From positions 1 to 59,071 of the forward strand of contig JAGBUU010000049.1 of the NCBI GenBank assembly GCA_017630655.1: DNA of 59,071 nt, written 5' to 3'. The notes under the pieces were generated by a model, which did not search any database, was not told the origin of the DNA, and saw nothing but the letters and a program-made list of their open reading frames with translations. Each line of letters starts with the position of its first letter. Within the stretch, counting starts at the first letter, position 1. The DNA is from Clostridia bacterium (GTDB lineage: Bacteria > Bacillota > Clostridia > Oscillospirales > Acutalibacteraceae). Positions 1 through 8,337 of the stretch are shown piece after piece. The translations under genes and the position numbers were made by a program.

Positions 1-49
1 GATCGTTTTGTTCTTCTATCAACAAATCATAATGATCGATTACATCCAT
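1..49 (-). CDS. 5' end of an unidentified CDS leaving the window (MDVIDHYDLLIEEQND...)
   Basis: ATG at 49 on the minus strand with GAGG 8 nt upstream. The frame is open to the window edge. Only 16 codons are visible, so no product call. Confidence 0.35.
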   Translation of the reverse strand, partial: MDVIDHYDLLIEEQND

Positions 50-89
50 AGCAACTACCTCTGTCAAATTCTTGATTTTAGGTGAGTCA

Positions 90-118
90 ATTATACCACA
101 CTTTCGCAAATAAATCAA
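90..118 (-). promoter_or_regulatory. sigma-A type promoter for the CDS starting at 49
   Basis: Minus strand reads TTGATT (118-113), 17-nt spacer, TGgTATAAT (98-90, extended -10). Confidence 0.5.
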
Positions 119-270
119 GGCAAAGCCTTGTATATCATCCGCAACTTGTTGCGGCATATCATCAATGCGGAGCATTGTATCTCATCAAGCCGCAGGGAGA
201 TGCACGCTGACGCGTGATGATATGCACCGCACTTCGCGCGGTGATGATATACCAAGCCTGCGGCTTGGAT
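116..270. repeat. Hairpin-linker repeat array 1 (seven short GC hairpins, conserved ATATCAT/ATGATAT linkers)
   Basis: Stems at 116-130, 139-154, 163-177, 203-216, 225-243 and 252-268, plus a degenerate unit at 186-197. Linkers are TATATCAT, CATATCAT and TATCTCAT, followed by ATGATAT twice. Confidence 0.75.
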
Positions 271-313
271 AAAAAAAGAAGTAACTTTTGGTAGACGAAA
301 GTTACTTCTTTTT
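271..313 (-). terminator. Rho-independent terminator after tRNA-Ser (bidirectional shape)
   Basis: 13-bp stem aagaagtaacttt (276-288) / aaagttacttctt (298-310), flanked by an A-run and a T-run. Confidence 0.8.
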
Positions 314-405
314 TGGCGGAGAAGGAGGGATTCGAACCCTCGAACCACTTTTAATGGTTACACGATTTCCAATCGTGCGCGCTCGACCAACTACGCGACT
401 TCTCC
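314..405 (-). tRNA. tRNA-Ser (anticodon GGA), CCA encoded
   Basis: Hand-folded cloverleaf. Acceptor GGAGAAG/CTTCTCC, D stem GCG/CGC, anticodon stem CACGA/TCGTG with loop TTGGAAA, long variable arm AACCA..TGGTT, T arm GAGGG-TTCGAAT-CCCTC, 3' GCCA. Confidence 0.95.
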
Positions 406-421
406 GTATTAGCCGAAGACT

Positions 422-450
422 ATTATACATAGTCATCGGCAAAAAATCAA
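422..450 (-). promoter_or_regulatory. sigma-A type promoter for tRNA-Ser
   Basis: Minus strand reads TTGATT (450-445), 17 nt, TATAAT (427-422), about 10-15 nt upstream of the tRNA 5' end. Confidence 0.55.
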
Positions 451-457
451 GACTTTT

Positions 458-1462
458 TTAAATATTTGAATACATTTTTTCTAAAAACTCTATTTTTTGA
501 ATTATCATATCGCGAAGGCTCTGTGGTGCTACCACCTCAATGTCCCCTCCAAACTCCATTATCCAGCCGACAAGGCCTTCACTTATAAGACCCTTTATTC
601 TAAAGCTGAACCGTCCGTCCTCGACTCCGATAATATGTATTTTATCTCCAAAACGGTCTATTACCTGCTCTAAAATTTTAGTATTACAAGAAAGTTCTAT
701 CTCGCAAAGCTCGCCGCCGAACATATTAAAGGTTTTAAGCGCGTAGTCTGAGGTGTCAAACCTTTCCTTGTAGTCGCAAACCTCACTGAAATGGCGGTAT
801 TTTTCGTTGGTACATCTGACCGACTTCATCCTGTCAAGGCGAAGGTGCATTAAATTATCGTACTTTTCATTATTACAAACAAGATAATAATGGTCCTCCA
901 TCCAGATAAGTGCATAGGGGCTGAGCTTAAACTCTCTTTCCTTTACAGTTATCTTTCGGTTTTCATCTATTTGTCTGGTACGGTATTTAAGGGTTACCTT
1001 TTTGCCTGTTTCTATAGCAAGTCGAAGTGTGTCTATGCTGAGATATATCTCTTCATTGTCACATTTGTTTTTATACTCTATATAAATACTGTTTTCTCTT
1101 GCCCTCGCTTGTTCCTTTGACATCATGGCTTCAAGCTTTGAAACAAGCTCTCTTGTCTTTTTGGGGGTAATAAAATCTGCCGACTGTACGGCATCGGTTA
1201 AGAGATAAATCTCAGGCAGTTCAAACTCACGAGAAGCAAGAAAATATCCCGCCCTTGGAGTGCGTGTTTTGATTATATCGTAGCCATATAAAATAAGGTT
1301 TTCTATATCGTCATATATAGCCTTTCGTTCAGCCCTTATTCCAAAATCATTAAGTTTTTCGCATATTTCGCTTGCATTTATGGGATTTTCTTCGTCGGAA
1401 AATTTACGCAGAATATCTACAATGTAAAGTATTTTTAGTTTTGAGCCTATTCTTGCTTCCAT
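458..1462 (-). CDS. WYL-domain transcriptional regulator (HTH-WYL-WCX architecture)
   Basis: 334 aa. N-terminal HTH-like segment, WYL-type core (SPYALIWMEDHYYLVCNN...LRLDRM), C-terminal extension. The start overlaps the upstream gene by 16 nt. Confidence 0.8.
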   Translation of the reverse strand: MEARIGSKLKILYIVDILRKFSDEENPINASEICEKLNDFGIRAERKAIYDDIENLILYGYDIIKTRTPRAGYFLASREFELPEIYLLTDAVQSADFITPKKTRELVSKLEAMMSKEQARARENSIYIEYKNKCDNEEIYLSIDTLRLAIETGKKVTLKYRTRQIDENRKITVKEREFKLSPYALIWMEDHYYLVCNNEKYDNLMHLRLDRMKSVRCTNEKYRHFSEVCDYKERFDTSDYALKTFNMFGGELCEIELSCNTKILEQVIDRFGDKIHIIGVEDGRFSFRIKGLISEGLVGWIMEFGGDIEVVAPQSLRDMIIQKIEFLEKMYSNI

Positions 1463-2046
1463 TTTTCCACCTCATATATAAAATCGTCGTAGCCGTAAAG
1501 GCAGTTAAGCACATCAAGCAATGAATTGGTAGGTAGAGCTGCAGGCAGGTTCAAAAATTTTAGGAGCTGATTTCTTTTTTCTTTAGAGCCCTGACCGCCC
1601 GATACACCTATATTAAAAAGATCTGTTTTTGTGATTTTTCTGCCAAGCTTTGTTACGGGCTCACCTATTACTCCTGCGCGACCTAATGCAGTTAGAATAA
1701 TATTATCATCTGTACCCTCTACACCAAGCAATCCTTGTGCAGAAGAGACCGTTTTGCGTTTTTCTTTTCCTAAAATTTGGGGCAGATATACGCTTACAAC
1801 CTGCTCTTTAGGGACAATTTTTTCTAAATATTTTCTAATGATTTGGCCTGCATTATCCGAGTCGGTAAGTATTACTATTCCGCACTTTTCCGCAAGGGTT
1901 TTAATAAGGCCGCACTTTTCCTTATCCTTAAACACTCTAAAGCCGTCGGTTGTAATAATTGTGGCATCAAGAAGATTTGCAAGACGAATTTTATCGTACT
2001 TACCCTCGACAATTACAGCTTTTGAAAGTTTAATCAAGGCTTTCAC
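1447..2046 (-). CDS. Toprim-domain protein (RNase M5-like / DUF4093-type)
   Basis: 199 aa. Toprim motifs VIVEGKYDKIRL and ILTDSDNAGQ. Overlaps holA by 17 nt. Confidence 0.7.
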   Translation of the reverse strand: MKALIKLSKAVIVEGKYDKIRLANLLDATIITTDGFRVFKDKEKCGLIKTLAEKCGIVILTDSDNAGQIIRKYLEKIVPKEQVVSVYLPQILGKEKRKTVSSAQGLLGVEGTDDNIILTALGRAGVIGEPVTKLGRKITKTDLFNIGVSGGQGSKEKRNQLLKFLNLPAALPTNSLLDVLNCLYGYDDFIYEVEKWKQE

Positions 2047-3082
2047 CCGTTTTCATAATATAAATAAGGCGGACAACAAGTTTTTCGACCGCTACCCTAT
2101 CTGTTATGGAATAGCTTTTAAGTTCTTTTTCGGTTTTTATTATTGCATCAAAAGAAAGGGATAGTTTGTTGCTGTCAAATTTTCTTAGATTATTAGCAGC
2201 CTTTCTTAGAAGAAACACTCTATTGCTTGGTATTCCAAATTGCTCGGCAAGCTCATCTATATTATTTCTGCCCTCTCGTTTAGCCTCTGATACCCTGTAC
2301 ATATCAACATATGCCGAAGCGATGTTATAAAAAATAGGCATACTGTCAATGTTCATATAATAAAGCTCATCAAGCAGCTTCATAGCCCCTGCGGTATCAC
2401 CCAAAATAACCTTTGAGGACAAATCGAAGATTGATGCATCAACCGATTTTACACAGACTTTATCTATAATCTGCTTGGTTATTTCCCCTTCTTTTGTGTA
2501 CACACAAAGCTTTGTAAGCTCGTTTGTTAAAAAGTTTATATCTGTAGAACAGATTTCGGTAATATACTGTGCGTTTTTAGGGGATAAAACTAGCCCCTGT
2601 TTTTTTGCCGAAGAGCAGAGCCAACGCACAAGTTCCTCTGCCGATTTATGCTCAAGACAAACTACATCTCCGCCCGCTTTTGTTACAGCTGCTACAACAC
2701 TTTTTACCTTTTTTGATTTTTTAAGGTCTATATCTGTATTGCCGAAATATAAAACAAAAACGCTTGTATCACACGGGTCGCCGATAATTTCGATTAACTG
2801 CTCTAAATCACTTTTAGGTGCCTTTTCAATATCAAAATCACTTAAAACAACACATTTTTTATCCGACATTACGGGAAAACCGTTAAGTTCATCGTAAAGC
2901 TCCTGCATAGAAACGCCAAAGTTATAGCGGACAAGATTCATATCGTCATCAGGAGAAACGACCGCCTGAGTTATCCGGCTGAGTGCCTGCTTTTTAAGAT
3001 AAATATCATCGCCGCAAACCATATATACAGGAAGCAGTGCTCCTGTTTGCAATGCAGATTTAAGGGTTTTATCGTTAAGCAC
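2030..3082 (-). CDS. holA: DNA polymerase III delta subunit
   Basis: 350 aa. Delta-subunit-like sequence in the classic comEC-holA neighbourhood. Confidence 0.85.
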   Translation of the reverse strand: MLNDKTLKSALQTGALLPVYMVCGDDIYLKKQALSRITQAVVSPDDDMNLVRYNFGVSMQELYDELNGFPVMSDKKCVVLSDFDIEKAPKSDLEQLIEIIGDPCDTSVFVLYFGNTDIDLKKSKKVKSVVAAVTKAGGDVVCLEHKSAEELVRWLCSSAKKQGLVLSPKNAQYITEICSTDINFLTNELTKLCVYTKEGEITKQIIDKVCVKSVDASIFDLSSKVILGDTAGAMKLLDELYYMNIDSMPIFYNIASAYVDMYRVSEAKREGRNNIDELAEQFGIPSNRVFLLRKAANNLRKFDSNKLSLSFDAIIKTEKELKSYSITDRVAVEKLVVRLIYIMKTGESLD

Positions 3083-4553
3083 AGTTTTTCTCCTTTCCTT
3101 TTGCAGTTAGATATCCGCAAAGTATCCTTACTAATAATATAAACGCACATGTTATAAAAAAGCAATAAATATTTTTATCTTCGGCTATACGCACCACGCC
3201 AAAGCCATCTTCCCCTATAAAGCGAACTACCGTTATAAAAAACTCTGCCAAGGCTCTGCTAAGGAAAAAGAACGCCAAAGACAGGTATTTACCAAAAGGC
3301 AAAAAGAAAATTAAAACCGCTAAAACACCAAGTATTAAAGCCACGCTTATTGCAAGGGTTACAGCAAGGTTTGTGATAGGCGCCGCAAGGGCAACAAAAC
3401 CAAAATATCTTACTACTATAGGAAGTGTGCAAAATATACTGCAGACCGAGATAGCCAAAATATCGTAAGCATACCTAAAGGCCCTGCCTATCTTGCCAAA
3501 TTTTTCAAAGTTTGCGACATTGACAAGAAGCCTTGCAGGATAAAGCACCGCAAATGTTGCCGAAATTGATAATAGAAAGGCAACATTATAAAAGATATAC
3601 GGCTTTAGCATTACTGCTACAAATATACCAAATCCAAGTGCACTTAAAGGGTCGCTGTTTCTTCTGATAATCCGGGCTAAAAGCATAACTATGTAAGCAA
3701 TGCTTGCCCTAAGTATTGAAACGTGAAACAGGCATACCGTAAGGATTAAGAACGCTGCTATAGTGCCTATTATTACCGATATCCAAAGTTTTGTACGCCT
3801 GTTTATGAGATTCATAAGCACACCACAAATAATACCAAGGTGCATACCGGATACAACAAGCATATGGCTTACCCCTGCATTGCGTACACAAAGATTAAAC
3901 TCATCTGATATTCCGCTTTTATCCCCAACTGTAAGTGCCTTTAAAACGGCACCCACCTCATCTTTTCCCGACGAATCTATAGCGTTACATATGGCAAGTC
4001 TAACGTTGTATATTATTTTCCAAAAAGACACCTGACATTGCTTGTAGGAATATATTTTATCTATAACTCCCGAATAATAAACACCGTCTCCAAAATTATA
4101 GGAACGAAATTCCTCGCCCTGCAAAACGAACTCTATTCTTGCCGAAATTATGTCGCCCGGTAACGCAGCCGTTTTCGAGGTAAGGGTTGCTTTTACTTTA
4201 ATTCCAATAGCCTCTTTTTCGGTGCTGTCGGTTATTTTGAGGGACAGTGAAGCAAAATTTGGGGAATTATAATCTATTTGGGTTATTTGTCCTACTATGT
4301 CGGCAGTGCATCCTATAAGATTTTTACTCTTATTATCGATTATCTGCCCGACAGATATCACTCTTGCTGCAAGCACAATAAAAATAAGGGCGATAATCAC
4401 GCCCTTATTAATGTTATCTTTCTTTATAACAATAAACAGTATTGTTATAACGGCAACAAAAGCTATACAGATGACCGCGGTCCATATACTGTTAAAAGCT
4501 ACAAAGGATGCAATAAGTGCACCTATGCCTACAAGCACAAAAGGTCTGTACAT
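3075..4553 (-). CDS. comEC: ComEC/Rec2 family competence channel protein, short form without the metallo-beta-lactamase domain
   Basis: 492-aa polytopic membrane protein with a DUF4131-like N-terminus and a Competence domain (GVSHMLVVSGMHLG). No HxHxDH motif. Confidence 0.8.
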   Translation of the reverse strand: MYRPFVLVGIGALIASFVAFNSIWTAVICIAFVAVITILFIVIKKDNINKGVIIALIFIVLAARVISVGQIIDNKSKNLIGCTADIVGQITQIDYNSPNFASLSLKITDSTEKEAIGIKVKATLTSKTAALPGDIISARIEFVLQGEEFRSYNFGDGVYYSGVIDKIYSYKQCQVSFWKIIYNVRLAICNAIDSSGKDEVGAVLKALTVGDKSGISDEFNLCVRNAGVSHMLVVSGMHLGIICGVLMNLINRRTKLWISVIIGTIAAFLILTVCLFHVSILRASIAYIVMLLARIIRRNSDPLSALGFGIFVAVMLKPYIFYNVAFLLSISATFAVLYPARLLVNVANFEKFGKIGRAFRYAYDILAISVCSIFCTLPIVVRYFGFVALAAPITNLAVTLAISVALILGVLAVLIFFLPFGKYLSLAFFFLSRALAEFFITVVRFIGEDGFGVVRIAEDKNIYCFFITCAFILLVRILCGYLTAKGKEKNCA

Positions 4554-4556
4554 ATA

Positions 4557-5096
4557 TTATTTAAAGAAAAGGGGAAGTTTTTCAAGAAAATTTATATCGG
4601 TGCGGTCGGCCGCATCACCTTCTGCAAGAACGGCACATGCCCCTGCTTCTATACCGCCTGCTTTACTTAGTAGGTCACGAATAGAGTTTAAGGACTCGCC
4701 TGTAGATATTACATCGTCAACAATAAGTACTTTTTTACCGTTTATTAGATTTGCTTCGTCTTCGCCGAGATATAAACGTTGTTCTCTTTGAGTGGTTATA
4801 GAATGAACGGTAACCTCAATAGGTCTACCCATATAAACCTTGGTGCCTTTTCTGGCAACAATATAGGGTTTGCCCGACTGACGAGACATTTCGTAGGCTA
4901 AAGGAATGCTCTTTGCTTCGGGAGTTAAAATAAAATCAAACTCGGGAGCCTTTTTAAGAAGCTCTGTTGCAGATGCAACGGTAATTTCGGTATCTCCAAA
5001 AAGGATAAATGCCGCAATATCTAAACTATCAGACACTGGGAAAAGCTTTAAATTTCGCTCAAGTCCTGCAATTTTCATTGTATAAAATTCAGACAT
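4557..5096 (-). CDS. Phosphoribosyltransferase family protein (Apt/Xpt-like)
   Basis: 179 aa. PRPP-binding loop VLIVDDVISTGES. Confidence 0.75.
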   Translation of the reverse strand: MSEFYTMKIAGLERNLKLFPVSDSLDIAAFILFGDTEITVASATELLKKAPEFDFILTPEAKSIPLAYEMSRQSGKPYIVARKGTKVYMGRPIEVTVHSITTQREQRLYLGEDEANLINGKKVLIVDDVISTGESLNSIRDLLSKAGGIEAGACAVLAEGDAADRTDINFLEKLPLFFK

Positions 5097-5111
5097 ATTT
5101 GTATTCCTTTC

Positions 5112-5450
5112 TTAGCCTGGAGGCCACTGAAGATTTCTGCGAGCAAGGAGGTGGAAATGGATGTGACCTACAGTCTGTCCTCCGTCCTCTCCGCAATTAT
5201 TAACAATTCTATAACCATTTTCAAGGTTTTCTGCCTTGGCAATTTTTGCTGCAGCCTCAAAAACCTTTGCGATAAGATGGCTATTTGTTTCATTTATTTC
5301 ATCTGCAGATTTAATATGCTCACGCGGAATAATAATTGCGTGAAATGGTGCAGCGGGGGCTATATCTGCAAAGGCATAAACAAATTCATCCTCGTAAATT
5401 TCCGCACTGGGAATTTCACCCGCCGCTATTTTGCAAAATAAGCAGTCCAT
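5112..5450 (-). CDS. HIT family (histidine triad) nucleotide hydrolase
   Basis: 112 aa. Histidine triad HIHFHLL. Confidence 0.9.
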   Translation of the reverse strand: MDCLFCKIAAGEIPSAEIYEDEFVYAFADIAPAAPFHAIIIPREHIKSADEINETNSHLIAKVFEAAAKIAKAENLENGYRIVNNCGEDGGQTVGHIHFHLLARRNLQWPPG

Positions 5451-5458
5451 AGTTTCAC

Positions 5459-8080
5459 CTACTTAATCATATTTGCGATAATATCCTTTGCAGCGGCTAC
5501 TGCCTCGTCTGCCTTGGATATATCCTTGCCGCCCGCCATTGCACTATCGGGTTTTCCGCCGCCGTTACCGCCGGCTATCTTTGCAACCTCACGAACAATA
5601 TTTCCGGCATTTGCACCCTTTGTTATGGCATCCTTACCCGCAGCGGCACAGAAGGTCAGTTTATCTCCGTTAACTGCAGCAAAAAGGCAAACGGCACAAT
5701 CATTATCGCCCTTAACTTTATCGCACATTGTTCTAAGGTCGTTTGGCTGTGTACCATCAAGACGAGCAGTGATAATCTTAACACCATTAACCTCGTTTGC
5801 ACCTGCCATAAGGTCGGAAATCTTAGAGCCTGCAAGTTTTGCGTTAAGTGCTTCTACCTTTTTCTCGCTCTCTTTAAGTTCAGCCGCTACTGCACGGGCC
5901 TTTGCTGCAATTTCCATAGGATTTGCACTCTTAATAGCATCGGCAGCATCGTCGATAATGCCCTTATATTTATTAAGAAGGTCTAAAACATTTGCACCTG
6001 TAACCGCTTCAATACGGCGTACGCCTGCGGCAACAGAGGTTTCGGATACAATCTTGATAAGACCGATTTTAGCGGTATTGTCAACGTGGGTACCACCGCA
6101 GAGTTCTATAGAGAAGCCTTCCGCATTAACAACACGAACAACATCTCCGTACTTCTCTCCAAAAAGTGCCATTGCGCCGAGTTTTTTAGCCTCATCAATA
6201 GGCATTTCTCTGTTATCAACATTAATGCCCTGTAAAATCTTAGTGTTGATGAGGGATTCAACAGCATTAATTTCTTCAGCAGTTAAAGCCGAGAAATGTG
6301 TAAAGTCGAAACGAACTACCGCATCATTTACAAGTTGTCCTGCCTGCTCAACATGGTTGCCAAGAACAGTACGGAGTGCCGCCTGAAGAAGATGGGCTGC
6401 GGTATGGTTTCTGCGGATAGCAGCTCTTCGGTCGGCATCTATAATTGCGGTTACCTTGTCACCTACAGACACAGAGCCTGCTTCTACTTCTACCATGTGG
6501 GTAAAGATACCACCGGCCTTTGTGGTGTTAGACACCATAATATTACAGTTTGCATTAGAAATTACGCCTGTATCTCCAACCTGACCGCCGCCTTCGCCGT
6601 AGAAAACGGTTTTATCTAAAACGATAAGAGCCTTTTCGCCCTCACCTACTGTATCGGTAAGTTCACCGCCGACAACAATAGCCTTAACGGTAGCTTCTAC
6701 TGTAGTATCGGTATAGCCGAGGAAAACAGTATCTTCTACACCGTCAAAGGAAATTCCATCACTCTTCCAGGATTCAGAGTCGGAGGCTTTTCTTCCCTCT
6801 CTTGCCCTTCTTCTTTGTTCATCCATAAGAGCCTTAAAGCCATCCTCGTCAACAGTCATATTCTTTTCCTGTAAAATATCTTTTGTAAGGTCAAATGGGA
6901 ATCCATAGGTATCATAAAGTTTGAAGGCATCCTCTGCAGAGAGTGTGCCACCCTTTGCGGTTAAATCTTCAAGCATTGAAAGGCCAAGGTCTATGGTCTT
7001 TGCAAATGCCTTTTCTTCATTAGCTATAACCTTTAAGATGAACTCCTTGCGGCTTTCAAGGTCGGGATAAGCGTTCTTGCTTTCTTCAATAGCAACTGTT
7101 GCGGTCTCGGTTAAAAATGCACGAGTAATGCCGAGCAATCTTCCGTGGCGTGCGGCTCTTCTAATAAGTCGGCGAAGCACGTAGCCTCTGCCCTCGTTAG
7201 AAGGTACAACACCGTCGCAAATCATAAAGGTTGCACTGCGAGAGTGGTCAGTAATAGCACGAATTGAAACATCATTATTCTTATCCTTGCCATATTCTTT
7301 ACCCGCAATATCACAAACGGTATCTAAAATTCTGCGAACAGAATCAACCTCGAACATATTGTCAACGCCCTGCATTACACAAGCAAGACGCTCAAGACCC
7401 ATACCTGTATCAATATTCTTATGCTCAAGCTCGGTATAGGTGCCGTCACCCATATTGTTAAACTGGGTGAAAACGTTGTTCCAGATTTCCATATATCTGT
7501 CACATTCGCAACCCGGCTTACAGTCAGGAGAGCCACAACCGTATTTTTCACCACGGTCGAAATATATTTCGCTGCAAGGTCCGCAAGGGCCTGTTCCGTG
7601 CTCCCAGAAGTTATCTGCCTTGCCAAGCTTTACAATGCGATTTTCGGGCACGCCGATAACATCTCTCCAGAGAGCATAAGCTTCATCGTCCTGCTCATAC
7701 ACCGAGGGCCAAAGAAGCTCTTCGGGTATTTCTAAGGTTTTGGTTAAAAATTCCCAAGCCCACGGAATAGCATCACTTTTAAAGTAATCTCCAAAAGAGA
7801 AATTGCCGAGCATTTCGAAGAATGTACCATGGCGTGCGGTATGACCCACACGCTCGAGGTCGGGTGTTCTTATACATTTTTGACAGGTTGTTACCCTATT
7901 TCTTGGAGGTGTCACCTCGCCCGTGAAGAATTTTTTCATAGGAGCCATTCCTGAATTTATGAGAAGCAGAGACTTGTCTCCCTGAGGTACCAAGGGGTAA
8001 CTAGGCAGACGAAGATGACCTTTGCTCTCAAAATAGGAAAGATATTTTTCTCTTAAATCGTTAAGTGAAGTCCATTGCAT
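5459..8080 (-). CDS. alaS: Alanine--tRNA ligase
   Basis: 873 aa. Class II AlaRS N-terminus (FFESKGH...), editing-domain HTAAHLL and CGGTH motifs. Confidence 0.97.
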   Translation of the reverse strand: MQWTSLNDLREKYLSYFESKGHLRLPSYPLVPQGDKSLLLINSGMAPMKKFFTGEVTPPRNRVTTCQKCIRTPDLERVGHTARHGTFFEMLGNFSFGDYFKSDAIPWAWEFLTKTLEIPEELLWPSVYEQDDEAYALWRDVIGVPENRIVKLGKADNFWEHGTGPCGPCSEIYFDRGEKYGCGSPDCKPGCECDRYMEIWNNVFTQFNNMGDGTYTELEHKNIDTGMGLERLACVMQGVDNMFEVDSVRRILDTVCDIAGKEYGKDKNNDVSIRAITDHSRSATFMICDGVVPSNEGRGYVLRRLIRRAARHGRLLGITRAFLTETATVAIEESKNAYPDLESRKEFILKVIANEEKAFAKTIDLGLSMLEDLTAKGGTLSAEDAFKLYDTYGFPFDLTKDILQEKNMTVDEDGFKALMDEQRRRAREGRKASDSESWKSDGISFDGVEDTVFLGYTDTTVEATVKAIVVGGELTDTVGEGEKALIVLDKTVFYGEGGGQVGDTGVISNANCNIMVSNTTKAGGIFTHMVEVEAGSVSVGDKVTAIIDADRRAAIRRNHTAAHLLQAALRTVLGNHVEQAGQLVNDAVVRFDFTHFSALTAEEINAVESLINTKILQGINVDNREMPIDEAKKLGAMALFGEKYGDVVRVVNAEGFSIELCGGTHVDNTAKIGLIKIVSETSVAAGVRRIEAVTGANVLDLLNKYKGIIDDAADAIKSANPMEIAAKARAVAAELKESEKKVEALNAKLAGSKISDLMAGANEVNGVKIITARLDGTQPNDLRTMCDKVKGDNDCAVCLFAAVNGDKLTFCAAAGKDAITKGANAGNIVREVAKIAGGNGGGKPDSAMAGGKDISKADEAVAAAKDIIANMIK

Positions 8081-8128
8081 ATACTATACATCCTTTTTGC
8101 GTCCATTTACGCACTTTAATACAGAGTA

Positions 8129-8157
8129 ATTATATATATAAATATATATTTTGTCAA
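8129..8157 (-). promoter_or_regulatory. sigma-A consensus promoter for alaS
   Basis: Minus strand reads TTGACA (8157-8152), 17 nt, TATAAT (8134-8129). This leaves only about a 40-nt leader. Confidence 0.6.
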
Positions 8158-8337
8158 CTTAAACCACCAAGCTTCCATTGCTTTTTTCGTTAGTTTGCCT
8201 TGTTTTGAGGCTCTTCTTGGCGTTTTTTTAAAAAAGTGTACAAAAATACAATTTTTTTTAATTTTTTTGAAGCTTTTTCTTGTAAAGATAAAAATTTATG
8301 TTATTATATATATAGAAAATTTTCGGAGGTTTTTAAA

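Noticed and set aside
115-348. 77-aa minus-strand ORF from the ORF track
   Set aside because: It runs through the 3' part of tRNA-Ser, its terminator and the hairpin array. Its odd YHH repeats are just the translated linkers. It has no SD.
5514-6386. 290-aa + strand ORF antisense to alaS, plus similar antisense or alternate-frame ORFs such as 52289-52849, 42461-42973, 22304-22795 and 44563-44868
   Set aside because: These lie entirely inside or across confidently identified genes. They have low-complexity S/A/P/L-rich composition and no SD. They are typical shadow ORFs.
8165-8229. Hairpin plus T7 run upstream of prs, considered as a possible attenuator or orphan sRNA terminator
   Set aside because: Only 4-5 bp stems (gcct/aggc, ccaag/cttgg) can be drawn. 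This is too weak to call.
8081-8337. Possible T-box leader for alaS, based on the TGGTGG-containing sequence at 8161-8175
   Set aside because: That sequence lies upstream of the alaS promoter. It lacks the GGTGGNACCGCG T-box core, specifier-loop features and a terminator/antiterminator pair.
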